From: Nitrospirota bacterium
GTDB lineage: Bacteria; Nitrospirota; UBA9217
DNA: 64,000 bases
Direction: 5' to 3'
Assembly: GCA_963818475.1 (NCBI GenBank)
Contig: CAWFSF010000002.1
Span: 96,001-160,000 of the forward strand
Positions within the stretch are counted from its first letter, which is position 1, and every line of letters begins with the position of its first letter. Of this stretch, positions 1-9,590 are shown piece after piece. A program made the position numbers and the translations under genes. The notes beneath the pieces were generated by a model. That model had not been told where the DNA came from and made no database searches. It worked only from the letters and a program-made list of their open reading frames with translations.

Positions 1-233
1 GATATTCAGGATGCTTTATTTGTGGAACAAGCTAATTTCGAGGAGAGCGGCAACAGGAAAATATCAGGGAAAGAAAGGCAGGACAACAGCACTTCTACTG
101 CGCGATGGAAGCCGGCAGCTGCCGCGAAGAAGAATGATCAGCAGGCCATGCTGACGCTCAGCCAAGGGTCTGCTCGACGGATGGGTGAAATGTCACGGGA
201 TGTTCAGATAGGAAGAACAGCGTGCAGGTGTTG

Positions 234-911
234 TTATTGCTTGAACTTATACCCGACCCCGGGTACCGTAAGAATATACTCCGGTTCGAGCGGATTCCGT
301 TCGATCTTCTGCCGGAGATGCTGAATGTGAACGTCAATGACCCGGCTCCATGAGTAGATCTGCGACTCCTTCCAGATCGTTTTTCGAATAAACTCCCTGC
401 GCAACGGCTCGCCCCGGTTCGTGATAAAGAGAATAAGCAGGTCATATTCCTTCGGCGTCAGCTCCACGGTCCTGTCCCCGACGCTCACCATGCGTGCCTT
501 GAAATCGACGACGAGGCCGTCGACCCTGATCTTCTCACCGGACGGCGCAGAGCGCCTCAGACAGGCCCTGATCCGCGCGAGGAGCTCGATCGTTTCAAAG
601 GGTTTCACGATATAATCGTCGGCGCCGCTCTCCAGGCCGATGACCTTGTCCGGCACCCGGTCCTTCGCCGTAAGCATGATGACCGGCACCTTCGGGCAGC
701 GCTGTTTGAGGTCTTTGCAGATCTCGATGCCGTCGCCATCCGGAAGCGTGAGGTCGAGAATGATGAGCGCCGGGAGCTGCTTGTTCAGGGCATCCCGCGC
801 CGCTGACCAGCTTTCCGCCAGGACCAGATCAAAGCCATAGAGCTCCAGATTTGCCTTGAGCACCCGGCGAATATCCGCATCGTCATCTATCGCAAGCAGC
901 TGTGTCTTCAC
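234..911 (-). CDS. OmpR/PhoB-family DNA-binding response regulator
   Basis: Receiver motifs (LAIDDD, LIILDLTLPDGDG, MLTAKD, GADDYIVKPF) and winged-helix C-terminus (RVIDVHIQHLRQKIE...TVPGVGY). GTG start at 911 chosen rather than the ORF-track extension to 1106. Confidence 0.93.
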   Translation of the reverse strand: MKTQLLAIDDDADIRRVLKANLELYGFDLVLAESWSAARDALNKQLPALIILDLTLPDGDGIEICKDLKQRCPKVPVIMLTAKDRVPDKVIGLESGADDYIVKPFETIELLARIRACLRRSAPSGEKIRVDGLVVDFKARMVSVGDRTVELTPKEYDLLILFITNRGEPLRREFIRKTIWKESQIYSWSRVIDVHIQHLRQKIERNPLEPEYILTVPGVGYKFKQ

Positions 912-2520
912 GGTCCGCTCCTCTCTCCCTCGTTCTCGGGATCCGGAACCAGAACCGGCTCCCCCCGTCCTCTCCGTCTTCCACGCCGATCGCTCCGCCG
1001 TGCGACTCGATGATCCCTTTGCAGATCGAAAGCCCGAGCCCCGTCCCCCCCTGGGTGTCCTTCGTATAGAACTGCCTGAAGATCGCCTCCCGCTCGTCCG
1101 GGGCAATGCCGGCCCCCCGGTCCTCCACCGCGGCGTAGACAGATTCGTCGCGGCAGGTGAGGGAGACGGTGATCTGCGAGGACGGCGGGCCGAAGTTCAA
1201 GGCGTTCGAGAGGAGGTTGGTCAGCACCTGCTTCATCCGGTCCTCGTCCACGATGGTCGTGACATCCATGGCATGCAGCCGGATGGATAGGTTCTTTTCC
1301 CCGGCCAGCGGCTTGAATCCCGTAATAACCTCCTGAAAGACCTCCTTGAGGTTGACTTCCCGGAAGTTCATTTCAACGGTGCCCAGCTCTATCCGCTCAT
1401 AGTCGAGGATGTTGTTGACCAGCCTGATGAGCCGGTCCGCGTTCTTTTTTATCATCTCGAAAAAAACGAGCAGGTCCCGGTCTTCCTCGAATTCCCGCTG
1501 GGAGAGCTTTACGGACAGATAGTCCATGGCGCCTTTGATGGCGGTGAGCGGCGTACGCAGCTCATGGGAGGTCTTGGCGATGAAATCGGACTTCGACCGG
1601 GAGGACCGGGCGAGCGCCTCATTCTTGTCGGTGAGCTCCTGGGTCGCCGCCCTGACCTTTTCCTGGAGACAGGAATGGTACTCATCGAGGGTCTTCGCCA
1701 TCTCGTTGAAGGTCCTGCCCAGGGCCTCGATCTCGTCACCATCGCGCTTCCGGGGAAGAGACGCCCTGCCCGCTTTGGAGAAGGCGGCCATCTGCGTTCT
1801 TATTCTGCTGATGGGGTTGATGACGATGCGGCGGGTGACCAGGAAGAGCGTCAGGACCGTGATCACGCCGACCACGATCAAACCGCCGACCATGAAGCGC
1901 CGATCGGCGGCGCTCATTTCGACGAAGGAGTCTATGGGCAGGGAAACGCTGATGGCCCCCCTCACATCGCCGACCTTGTATCCCTGGTGGTTGTGGCATT
2001 CCAGGCAGGCCTGTTCAATATACAGCGGGGCGATGTAGCGGTAATAGTACGACGAGCCCATGCGCTCCGTCGTCGCCGCCTCCTTCACCTGCTTCGTTTC
2101 GAAATCGACGAGCGCCGCCCGCTCAAAGGCATCGGGCGCGTTTTCCGGATTGATGAGCTTCAGGCTCGTGATATGGAAGACGTACAGTTTCTCGCGCTCC
2201 GCATACTGGGAGAGCTGCTTGGTGACCATTGCCGGGTTCTCTTTTACGTAGCGCTTCCCCGTTACATCGGTGATGGAGGCGTTCCGTAAATAAGGGTTCA
2301 GCTCCATCCAGGGCAGTTTTTCAACGTAAACACCGCCGTGTTCGGCCACCCAGCGCCGCGTAATGACCACCTGCTTGAACAAGGCCTTTGCCTGCATGTT
2401 GATCTGGGCCATGACCAGCTGTTCATGCTTCTGGTAGATCACCCGGAACGTCGAGCCCAGAACGACAACAAGCACGACCGTGATGAACAGTGCGTATTTA
2501 AGGCTAAGAGAAAATCGCAT
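883..2520 (-). CDS. Membrane sensor histidine kinase with periplasmic heme-c (DUF3365/Tll0287-like) domain, HAMP, HisKA and HATPase
   Basis: Two TM segments, SLKLINPENAPDAFE and CLECH (CxxCH) motifs, H-box SHELRTPL, N-box NLLSNA, G-boxes DRGAGI and GTGLGL. Confidence 0.92.
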   Translation of the reverse strand: MRFSLSLKYALFITVVLVVVLGSTFRVIYQKHEQLVMAQINMQAKALFKQVVITRRWVAEHGGVYVEKLPWMELNPYLRNASITDVTGKRYVKENPAMVTKQLSQYAEREKLYVFHITSLKLINPENAPDAFERAALVDFETKQVKEAATTERMGSSYYYRYIAPLYIEQACLECHNHQGYKVGDVRGAISVSLPIDSFVEMSAADRRFMVGGLIVVGVITVLTLFLVTRRIVINPISRIRTQMAAFSKAGRASLPRKRDGDEIEALGRTFNEMAKTLDEYHSCLQEKVRAATQELTDKNEALARSSRSKSDFIAKTSHELRTPLTAIKGAMDYLSVKLSQREFEEDRDLLVFFEMIKKNADRLIRLVNNILDYERIELGTVEMNFREVNLKEVFQEVITGFKPLAGEKNLSIRLHAMDVTTIVDEDRMKQVLTNLLSNALNFGPPSSQITVSLTCRDESVYAAVEDRGAGIAPDEREAIFRQFYTKDTQGGTGLGLSICKGIIESHGGAIGVEDGEDGGSRFWFRIPRTRERGADREDTAACDR

Positions 2521-2526
2521 TAAACA

Positions 2527-3390
2527 TCACCGCAGGGTCTCGATCAGGGTGAAGACAAAGATGGTGACACTGATGTAACCGTTCATGTTGAAGAAAGCCA
2601 TGTCGAGCTTCGAGAGGTCGTTCTCTTTTACCAGCGTATGTTCGTAGATGATGAGAAGCAGCGCAATAACGACTCCGGCATAATAGAACAGCCCCAGGGA
2701 ACACAAGAAGCCAAGCCAGAAAAGAGCCGCCATGGTGACGGCGTGCGACGCGCGCGAGATCCAGAGCGAGCGACGGACGCCGAATTGTTGAGGAATGGAG
2801 TGAAGGCCGGCCTTGACGTCGAACTCGCGGTCCTGCAGCGCATAGAGCACATCGAACCCCAGGAGCCAGAACAGGACCGCTGCGCCGAGCACGAGCGCGG
2901 GCCCTTCGATCCGGCCGGTGATCGCGATCCACGCGCCGATGGGAGCGAGGCTTATGGCGAGGCCGAGGAACGCATGCGACAGGAACGTGAACCGCTTGGT
3001 ATAGGAATAGAAGAACACGACCGCAAGCGCCACCGGCGAAAGATAAAAGCTGAGCGGGTTCAGCATATATGCCGCGATGATCAGGACTGCTGAGGAAACC
3101 AGGGTAAAGACCATCACCTGCAGCGGCGACACGAGCCCCTGCGGCAGGGCGCGTATTTTGGTGCGCGGGTTCTCGGCATCGAACGCACGGTCGGCCCAGC
3201 GGTTGAAGCCCATGGCAGCAGAACGCGCCCCGACCATGGCGACGGTGATCCAGAGGATCTGGCTCCCGGTCGGCAGTCCTTTGGCCGCGAGCAGCGCGCC
3301 GGTGAAGGCGAAGGGCAGCGCAAAGATGGTGTGTTCGAACTTGATCATCTCGAGGATGATCTTGATCTTGTTGAGCATGTCGGCAATCAC
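2527..3390 (-). CDS. UbiA-family polyprenyltransferase (4-hydroxybenzoate/menaquinone-pathway type)
   Basis: KFEHTIFALPF, NRWADRAFDAENPRT and YALQDREFD Asp-rich motifs; multiple TM helices. Confidence 0.88.
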   Translation of the reverse strand: MIADMLNKIKIILEMIKFEHTIFALPFAFTGALLAAKGLPTGSQILWITVAMVGARSAAMGFNRWADRAFDAENPRTKIRALPQGLVSPLQVMVFTLVSSAVLIIAAYMLNPLSFYLSPVALAVVFFYSYTKRFTFLSHAFLGLAISLAPIGAWIAITGRIEGPALVLGAAVLFWLLGFDVLYALQDREFDVKAGLHSIPQQFGVRRSLWISRASHAVTMAALFWLGFLCSLGLFYYAGVVIALLLIIYEHTLVKENDLSKLDMAFFNMNGYISVTIFVFTLIETLR

Positions 3391-3402
3391 TCCAAAAAGA
3401 AT

Positions 3403-3916
3403 TTAACCACGGAGACACGGAGGCACGGAGAAAACATAATTGCAGCTTTGTGATAAGAAGTCCGGCTAGAGGACCAGCCTCTTAATTCCTTCCTTGATGA
3501 GACGCGAATGAAAATTAAGGATCAAACCAACTTTCAAACCTGACAGCCTAAGATAGGTCAAAAGCTGAGCTTCATGGATAGGTATTATCTTCTCAACACA
3601 TTTAATTTCAATAACCACCTTGCCGGCAGCAACCACGTCCATTCGATAACCGCAATCGAGCGTTATGCCTTTATACTCCAGGGGCAAAGCCCTCTGTCTC
3701 TCGACATGCACGTTCTGCAGCTTTAATTCGTGGCAATAACACTCCTCATATGCTGACTCCAGCAGACCGGGACCGAGATGTCTATGGACTTCCATGGCAC
3801 AGGCTATAAGCTTTTCTGTCAACTCTTCCTGCTGCAGCATGATGGCGCCCCACCTTCTGAGGATCACTGGCTGCCGAGCATCGGCAGTCTCCGTGCCTCC
3901 GTGACTCCGTGGTTAA
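3403..3916. mobile_element. Putative element with 29-bp terminal inverted repeats enclosing a GxxExxY gene
   Basis: Left arm TTAACCACGGAGACACGGAGGCACGGAGA (3403-3431); right arm (3888-3916) is its reverse complement with one mismatch. Interior is lower in GC than the flanking genes. Confidence 0.6.
3466..3840 (-). CDS. GxxExxY protein (PD-(D/E)XK nuclease superfamily)
   Basis: GPGLLESAYE motif, YRMD...VIEIK, HEAQLLTYL, GLILNF...GIKRLV; 124 aa from ATG at 3840. Confidence 0.92.
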   Translation of the reverse strand: MLQQEELTEKLIACAMEVHRHLGPGLLESAYEECYCHELKLQNVHVERQRALPLEYKGITLDCGYRMDVVAAGKVVIEIKCVEKIIPIHEAQLLTYLRLSGLKVGLILNFHSRLIKEGIKRLVL

Positions 3917-3926
3917 TTGACTGTTT

Positions 3927-4821
3927 TTACTCGCTTGCCTCTTCCCCCACTCCTCGATCTTTTTCCTGATCTCCGGCATGGCCTTCTGCGTGGCTTCGAT
4001 CCCCGCCTGCATGCAGCGCTTCTTCTGGGTGAAATCGAGCATGGCCACGTCTGCCGACCTGCGGCGTGATGAGCACATCGGCCTCTTTTTTCTTGTACCG
4101 TACGTTCTCACTGAACATGATGTTCACGGCCTGGAGCATCACGTCGACGAGATTGGTGATATTGAAGTTCGCCACATTCTCGCTGATATCCACGGCGATC
4201 ACGATGTCCGCGCCTTTCTCGCGAGCAACAGCGATCGGGATATTGTCCATCACGCCGCCGTCAACGAGCAGCCTGCCCTGATGCTCCACGGGATTGAACA
4301 CGCCCGGAATAGCGCTGCTGGCGTGCACTGCCTTCGCCACCGAACCCCGGTCGAGCACGACGCGCGTGCCGCGGTTCAGGTCGGTGGCCACCGCGGCAAA
4401 GGGCAGCTTCAGGTTCTCGATATTCGGCGCGGTGATCTTCGTTCTCACGAACTCTTCGAGCTTGTCGCCCTTGGCCAGTACCCATGCCGGTAAAGGCGTT
4501 CATGATGCCGTAATCGAAAAGACTGTCCTTCTCAAGCGGGAACGCGGTCCATTCGAGCTCGAAGCTGTTCAGGTCACTGGCATAGATCGCGCCGATAAGG
4601 CTGCCTACGCTCGTGCCGATGATCATGTCGATCGGGATCTTCTCCTGCTCGAGCGCCCGGATCACGCCGACATGAGCGAATCCCCGCGCTGCCCCGCCGC
4701 CGAGCACCAGCGCTATCTTCGGCTTTGGCATCTCAACAGGGGGCGGCGGCGGCATTGAAACGCAGGAAACGAGCATGCCCATGGTTGTTATTATGAGTGA
4801 TATCCGTCTTATCTTGTTCAT
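3927..4821 (-). CDS. Patatin-like phospholipase lipoprotein (frameshifted near 4478 and 4060)
   Basis: Lipobox-like LVSC, GGGAARG, GTSVG nucleophile elbow and DGG motif, split over three frames. The 3' end is approximate. Confidence 0.8.
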
Positions 4822-4851
4822 CGTTACCTCATGTACTCTGAAAAGGAGATG

Positions 4852-4935
4852 TTACTTCTTACTTCTTACTTCTTACTTCTTACTTCTTACTTCTTACTTC
4901 TAACTTCTTACTTCTCACTTCTCACTTCTTACTTC
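4852..4935. repeat. Tandem 7-mer (TTACTTC) x12
   Basis: Twelve consecutive units, three with a single variant (TAACTTC, TCACTTC x2); the last unit contains the stop codon of the 4929..7541 gene. Confidence 0.95.
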
Positions 4936-7541
4936 TCACCCTTCTCCAGCAAAGCACCTACTTCCGCATACAGGTTCTTCACGATCCCGTCATAATCCCT
5001 GTCCCCCGGAAGGATCGGTTTGCCGAAGGATACCGTTACTTTTGCAGGCACCGGAACGCTTTTACCCGGCGCGAGCATTTCGTAGGTTCCCTTGATGGCA
5101 ACCGGGACGATCGGCACGTTCAGTTCTTTTGCAATGATGCCGACGCCTTTCTTGAACTCATGGAGCCTGTTGTCACGGGCCCGCATTCCTTCGGGAAAGA
5201 CACAGAGGACCTTGCCCCGGCGCAGCACATAGGCCGAGAGCTGGAGCGCATTGTAGAGCCGAGCGTCCATGTCCACCGGGATCACCTGGACCAGCTTCGC
5301 GAGCCGCGACGTGATCGGGCCGTCGAAGTAATCGCTGGCCCCCAGGAAGAAGGTCTGCGATCCGATCTTCCACGAAACCGCTGCCATGACCGACGGCGCA
5401 TCTGCATAGCTCGCATGGTTCGGGGCGATGATGAACGGCCCTTTCATCGGAAGGTTCCCTGATCCCCGGACCGAAAGCCGGCCATAGATTTTGAAGACGA
5501 TCTTCACGAAGAGCTTGATAACATAGCGGCCCATGTTCCAGACCGGCCCTGGCTCGAGGCTGAGGGTCTCTTTCACCTCGCCGGACGGGTCCTGGGCGAG
5601 GATCTCACCCCAGGACAAGCGCACCCGCGCGCCTGCTGCAGTCGGCCCCGCTGCAAGCATTTCCCGGACCCTGACGACCGCGTCCTTCACGGTAAAAACC
5701 TCGGAACCGAAGGACTCGGGCAGGCTGATGCCGAAGGTCTTCTCGATGCTCACCACGAGTTCCACACGCATGAGCGAATCGAGCCCAAGGTCGAGCTCAA
5801 GGTTGTCGTCGGGGACAATAGGTTTCTTAGCGGAAAAGGGCTCAAGGCAGGCAAGGAGCTTTTTCGCTTCAACCGTGTCGAAGAGGTCCGTATCGATCTC
5901 CGCAACGGGCTTCTCTGCCCGCTCTCCCTGTTCCCGATACAGGTCGGCGACCGCCTTCCGCCTGAGCTTGCCCAGCCGCGTTGCCGGAAGCGGGTCCTTG
6001 AAGATCTTGAGCCCGGTGATCCGTTTGTAGGGAGGAAGGTCTTTTGCCAGGTCTTCGATCTCGTAGGCAATGGTCTCGCGGGAGTTCGACAGGTTCATCT
6101 TGCGGAGGTATTCGAAATCGGGGACCACGGCAGCCTCGAGCCCGCGCTCGCCCTGCATGAGACAGATCTCCTTGATCTCCGGGACCTGCTTGTAGAATTT
6201 CTCGAGCTCTTCAGGAAAGATCTTCTTCCCCGTGGAGAGCACGATCATCTCTTTGGACCTGCCGGTTATGAAGAAGTATCCGTCCCGGTCGCGGTAGCCG
6301 AGGTCTCCTGAATAGAACCAGCCCTCCCTGAGCACCTCGGCGGTCTCAACCGGCTTGTTATAGTAGCCCTGCATCACGTTCGGCCCGCGGATCGCGATCT
6401 CTCCCTGGCCGTGCTCGTCGGGGTTCACGATCCTGACCTCAACGTCCGGCACGGGAATGCCGATGGATCCCGCCTTTTGTTTTTCCAGCGGATTGAACGT
6501 GGCTGCCGGGGACGTTTCGGTAAGGCCGTAGGCTTCAATGATGGTGAAGCCGAGGCGGGTCATGTCGATGAACACTTCGGGGTCGAGGCGGGCGCCGCCG
6601 CTCGTAAAGAACCTGAACGCCGGGCCGAATTTGGCGTGCACCTTGGCGAACAGCTTCTTTCCGATATTCACCTTCAGGTATCGGCGCAGCAGCCCGTTGA
6701 GGAGAAGCAGGAAGCTCACGATCCGGCGCACGACTAAAGGCTTTTTTCCTATCTCGTCGAAAATGGCGCGGCGAAGCCCGGCAAAGAACTGGGGAACGCC
6801 GAGCATGGCGTTCACGTTGGTCTCCTGCATACAGTGCATGATGTCCGGCCCCTTCAGGCTGTTCAGGTAGGTCACGGTCGTGCCCTGGGAAAGCGGCAGC
6901 ACAATGCAGGCCATGGACGGATAGGTGTGGTGCAGGGGAAGGATGCAGAGCACGTTGTCTTCGATCCGCAGAATGTCGAGCTTGATCAGGCTCTGCGCGT
7001 TCGACACCAGGTTGCCGTGCGAGAGCATGACTCCCTTGGGATCGCCGGTCGTGCCCGAGGTGTAGAGGAGCGCTGCCGGGTCGTCTGCTGACGGCGCTGA
7101 AGGCATCGCTGCATCGGGATGGGCCGTGAGCAGCGAGTGGAACGGCAGTCCTTCGCCGGGATCAAAGGAGAAGACCGGCTGATCGCCGCCCTCCGGCAAT
7201 TTCTCGCGGCATGCAGCGGACACGCAGATCGCTTTTGCGCCGGAGTTCCTGAGCAGCACCGCGACCTCTTTGTCCGTCAGCTGCGCGTCCATGGGCACGA
7301 TCACCGCTCCGAGCGCAACGACCGACAAATAGGCGAAGACCCACTCCAGCCGGTTCTCGGACAGGAGCGCGACCCGGTCGCCCTTTGCAATGCCCTGCTC
7401 CGCCAGCCCCTGGGCAGCTGAAGCCACGGCAGCAATAAGTTCGCTGTAGGAATAGCGCTGGTAGCGGTCGCCGACCTTCATCTGGATGGCGGTCTTATCA
7501 GGATAGCGCAGCGCCGTCTGTTGAATTCGGGACAGGATCAT
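4929..7541 (-). CDS. Long-chain acyl-CoA ligase / ACP / 1-acylglycerol-3-phosphate acyltransferase fusion (Aas-like)
   Basis: YTSGTTGDPKG and YGLTETSP AMP-binding motifs, LGLDSL phosphopantetheine site, NHASYAD and FPEG PlsC motifs. Confidence 0.9.
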   Translation of the reverse strand: MILSRIQQTALRYPDKTAIQMKVGDRYQRYSYSELIAAVASAAQGLAEQGIAKGDRVALLSENRLEWVFAYLSVVALGAVIVPMDAQLTDKEVAVLLRNSGAKAICVSAACREKLPEGGDQPVFSFDPGEGLPFHSLLTAHPDAAMPSAPSADDPAALLYTSGTTGDPKGVMLSHGNLVSNAQSLIKLDILRIEDNVLCILPLHHTYPSMACIVLPLSQGTTVTYLNSLKGPDIMHCMQETNVNAMLGVPQFFAGLRRAIFDEIGKKPLVVRRIVSFLLLLNGLLRRYLKVNIGKKLFAKVHAKFGPAFRFFTSGGARLDPEVFIDMTRLGFTIIEAYGLTETSPAATFNPLEKQKAGSIGIPVPDVEVRIVNPDEHGQGEIAIRGPNVMQGYYNKPVETAEVLREGWFYSGDLGYRDRDGYFFITGRSKEMIVLSTGKKIFPEELEKFYKQVPEIKEICLMQGERGLEAAVVPDFEYLRKMNLSNSRETIAYEIEDLAKDLPPYKRITGLKIFKDPLPATRLGKLRRKAVADLYREQGERAEKPVAEIDTDLFDTVEAKKLLACLEPFSAKKPIVPDDNLELDLGLDSLMRVELVVSIEKTFGISLPESFGSEVFTVKDAVVRVREMLAAGPTAAGARVRLSWGEILAQDPSGEVKETLSLEPGPVWNMGRYVIKLFVKIVFKIYGRLSVRGSGNLPMKGPFIIAPNHASYADAPSVMAAVSWKIGSQTFFLGASDYFDGPITSRLAKLVQVIPVDMDARLYNALQLSAYVLRRGKVLCVFPEGMRARDNRLHEFKKGVGIIAKELNVPIVPVAIKGTYEMLAPGKSVPVPAKVTVSFGKPILPGDRDYDGIVKNLYAEVGALLEKGEK

Positions 7542-7653
7542 GTCAGGCCTCTTGTGCGGCAGGTAGTCGACTGAACAAGAATATAGCGGTGCCGGAGGAT
7601 TGTCAACGAGGATTTCAGCGGGGGGGAGCCGGGGCATCCCTTATGGCAGCAGA

Positions 7654-7908
7654 CTATTTTATTGCCTTCTTCACATCTTGGTCAGCCTGCTTCCATCCTT
7701 TTTTTGCGGCCTTATCAACGGCCTTTACGTCCTTCTTCGCCTTCTTATGCACAGGCTTGAACACTTTCTTCGCGTTCTTGTCGACGTCCTTTACCACCTT
7801 TTTCATTCCCTCGTGAACTTCCTTGAACCCTTCTTTTGCGTCATCGGCAAAGGCCATGGCCGGGGACAGGAATAAGGACAGGGCAAGTATGATCGCTACT
7901 CTCAGCAT
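7654..7908 (-). CDS. Small secreted Lys-rich hypothetical protein
   Basis: Signal peptide MLRVAIILALSLFLSPAMAFA, AAGGAG RBS upstream, amphipathic K/D repeats. Confidence 0.7.
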   Translation of the reverse strand: MLRVAIILALSLFLSPAMAFADDAKEGFKEVHEGMKKVVKDVDKNAKKVFKPVHKKAKKDVKAVDKAAKKGWKQADQDVKKAIK

Positions 7909-8021
7909 GTCAGTCTCCTTGCAGTGGATTGGATCGAACGCTGACAACATACCGTGGTGCGAAGAATTTGTCAATATTGAAGAGACTCTTGGGGAGCTGT
8001 CATGCATAAACAGCATATTCC

Positions 8022-8153
8022 ACCACGGAGTCACGGAGGCACGGAGAAATTCATTGCCATTATCTATAAGGATTGATGGTGTTGTAACAGTCTATTTTCC
8101 CTCTCTCGATGTCATACCGCTTCTCCCTCTCCGTGCCTCCCTGACTCCGTGGT
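8022..8153. repeat. Empty inverted-repeat element, CACGGAG type (26-bp arms)
   Basis: ACCACGGAGTCACGGAGGCACGGAGA ... TCTCCGTGCCTCCCTGACTCCGTGGT; arms nearly identical to those at 3403-3916. Confidence 0.9.
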
Positions 8154-8247
8154 AAAGGTAATGTTCCTTGACTCTCCTTCACGTTTTGCCTACACTAGAA
8201 ATAAATATAGGATGTTTACAATACACACCCACGCCAAAGGAGGCGCT

Positions 8248-8571
8248 ATGCCGAAACTGCCGAATCAATACCTCACGAACCAGAAGCGCTACAAAGGAGT
8301 GATGAAAGCACTGGAGAATCTGGGGAAAGCCACGAAGGCCGCCGGCCCGCTGAACAAAAAAACATCAGAGCTGGTCCAGCTCGCTGCAGCAGCCACGGTC
8401 CATTCAGAAGGCTCGGTGCATTCCCATACGCGGCGGGCGCTTGCCGCAGGCGCGAAACCCGAGGAGATTCGCCATGCCGTGGTCCTGCTCACCAGCACCA
8501 TCGGCTTCCCCTCCGTCTCGGCGGCGCTCTCCTGGGTCGACGATGTGCTAGAAAAGAAGCGGCTTGTTTAG
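8248..8571 (+). CDS. Carboxymuconolactone decarboxylase (CMD/AhpD-like) family protein
   Basis: AAGGAGG RBS; GPLNKKTSELVQLAAA...SEGSVHSHTRRALAAGA...TIGFP pattern. Confidence 0.85.
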   Translation: MPKLPNQYLTNQKRYKGVMKALENLGKATKAAGPLNKKTSELVQLAAAATVHSEGSVHSHTRRALAAGAKPEEIRHAVVLLTSTIGFPSVSAALSWVDDVLEKKRLV

Positions 8572-8613
8572 TTCTGGATTTGCTGCAACAGCCTTGACAA
8601 AGTCAAAGTCGTC

Positions 8614-8728
8614 TCTCGCAAAGGCGCAAAGAGCGCAAAGAAAATCTTAAGTCACGGCTGGCCTTTGGTTTTAACCAAAAAAGACCTTGATCTAAGTTTC
8701 CCTTTGCGTCCTTTGCGCCTTTGCGAGA
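8614..8728. repeat. Empty inverted-repeat element, CGCAAAG type
   Basis: TCTCGCAAAGGCGCAAAGAGCGCAAAG ... CTTTGCGTCCTTTGCGCCTTTGCGAGA. Confidence 0.9.
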
Positions 8729-8757
8729 AAAAGGTTTTGCCCTTTTAAACTATTATT

Positions 8758-9075
8758 ATGAAGATCGATATCTACATGGCCGAGATGTGCGGCTCCTATC
8801 ACCAGCTGCGAGAGAACCTCGAACGCGCCATTACAGATCTGAATGCGCCGACAGAGATCGTTTATCATACGGTCTATTACGATGAAGCCATAAGCAAAGG
8901 GATCAAAGGGTCGCCTTCGGTCTGGATGAACGGAAAAGACGCCTTTGAAGGCGGCAGTTCTGCCGGGATCATGTGAAGGACCTTTCTCGACGAGTCCGGG
9001 CGACTCATGGGCGTACCCTCAGTGGAGATGATGAAGCGCGCGATACAGCGGGAAAGGTCAATGCAAGGCATATGA
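8758..9075 (+). CDS. Thioredoxin-fold (DUF2703-like) protein, probable selenoprotein (in-frame UGA at 8974-8976)
   Basis: Frame stays open after TGA (U-RTFLDESGRLMGVPSVEMMKRAIQRERSMQGI). Matches the GSP...NG.D...CR.Y...GVP family pattern with U in place of C. Hairpin GAGTC-CGGGC-GACTC begins 15 nt downstream. Ends in an ATGA overlap with the next gene. Confidence 0.75.
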
Positions 9076-9590
9076 AGCATCTCGTCTTCATAGGCGACTC
9101 ATTGACCGAATGGGGCGACTGGCAGCGCCGGTTCCCTGACTACAAAGTGACCAACCTCGGCATATCGGGAGAAACGGTCGAAGGACTGCTGGCCCGACGG
9201 GACCATCTTCGCGCCGCGGTCGAGAAGCCCAACTACATCTTCCTCATGACCGGCATCAACAACATCGCCGCAGAGCACTACGACATCATGGAACCGTACC
9301 GCGAGATCGTCCGCAACCTCACCACATGGTGCAAAAAAACAACGGTCGTGGTCCAGAGCATCCTTCCTGTTGAGCTGACCTGGATCAGTAGCGGCGTGAT
9401 CAGGGACGCCAACCGGCAGCTGGAACAGATCGCGAGGGAATTCAACGCGGAATATCTCGATGTCTATAGCCTCTTTGTGGATCAGACTGGCAGCCCCTTG
9501 AGCGCGTGCCTTCAGGATGATGGGGTGCACCTCAGCAGGCAGGGATATGAGGTCTGGACAAAAGCAGTGGACAGGTTCTTGAAAAAGTAG
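9072..9590 (+). CDS. GDSL/SGNH hydrolase
   Basis: FIGDSLTE, NLGISGET, GINN and DGVH blocks. Confidence 0.9.
   Translation: MKHLVFIGDSLTEWGDWQRRFPDYKVTNLGISGETVEGLLARRDHLRAAVEKPNYIFLMTGINNIAAEHYDIMEPYREIVRNLTTWCKKTTVVVQSILPVELTWISSGVIRDANRQLEQIAREFNAEYLDVYSLFVDQTGSPLSACLQDDGVHLSRQGYEVWTKAVDRFLKK

Noticed and set aside
22-324. + strand 100-aa ORF at the window start
   Set aside because: It overlaps the response regulator antisense and has no recognisable motif or RBS.
8973-9071. N-terminal extension of the GDSL ORF in the track
   Set aside because: The GDSL block starts at MKHLVFIGDS (9072); the upstream DNA is better explained by the UGA-readthrough gene.
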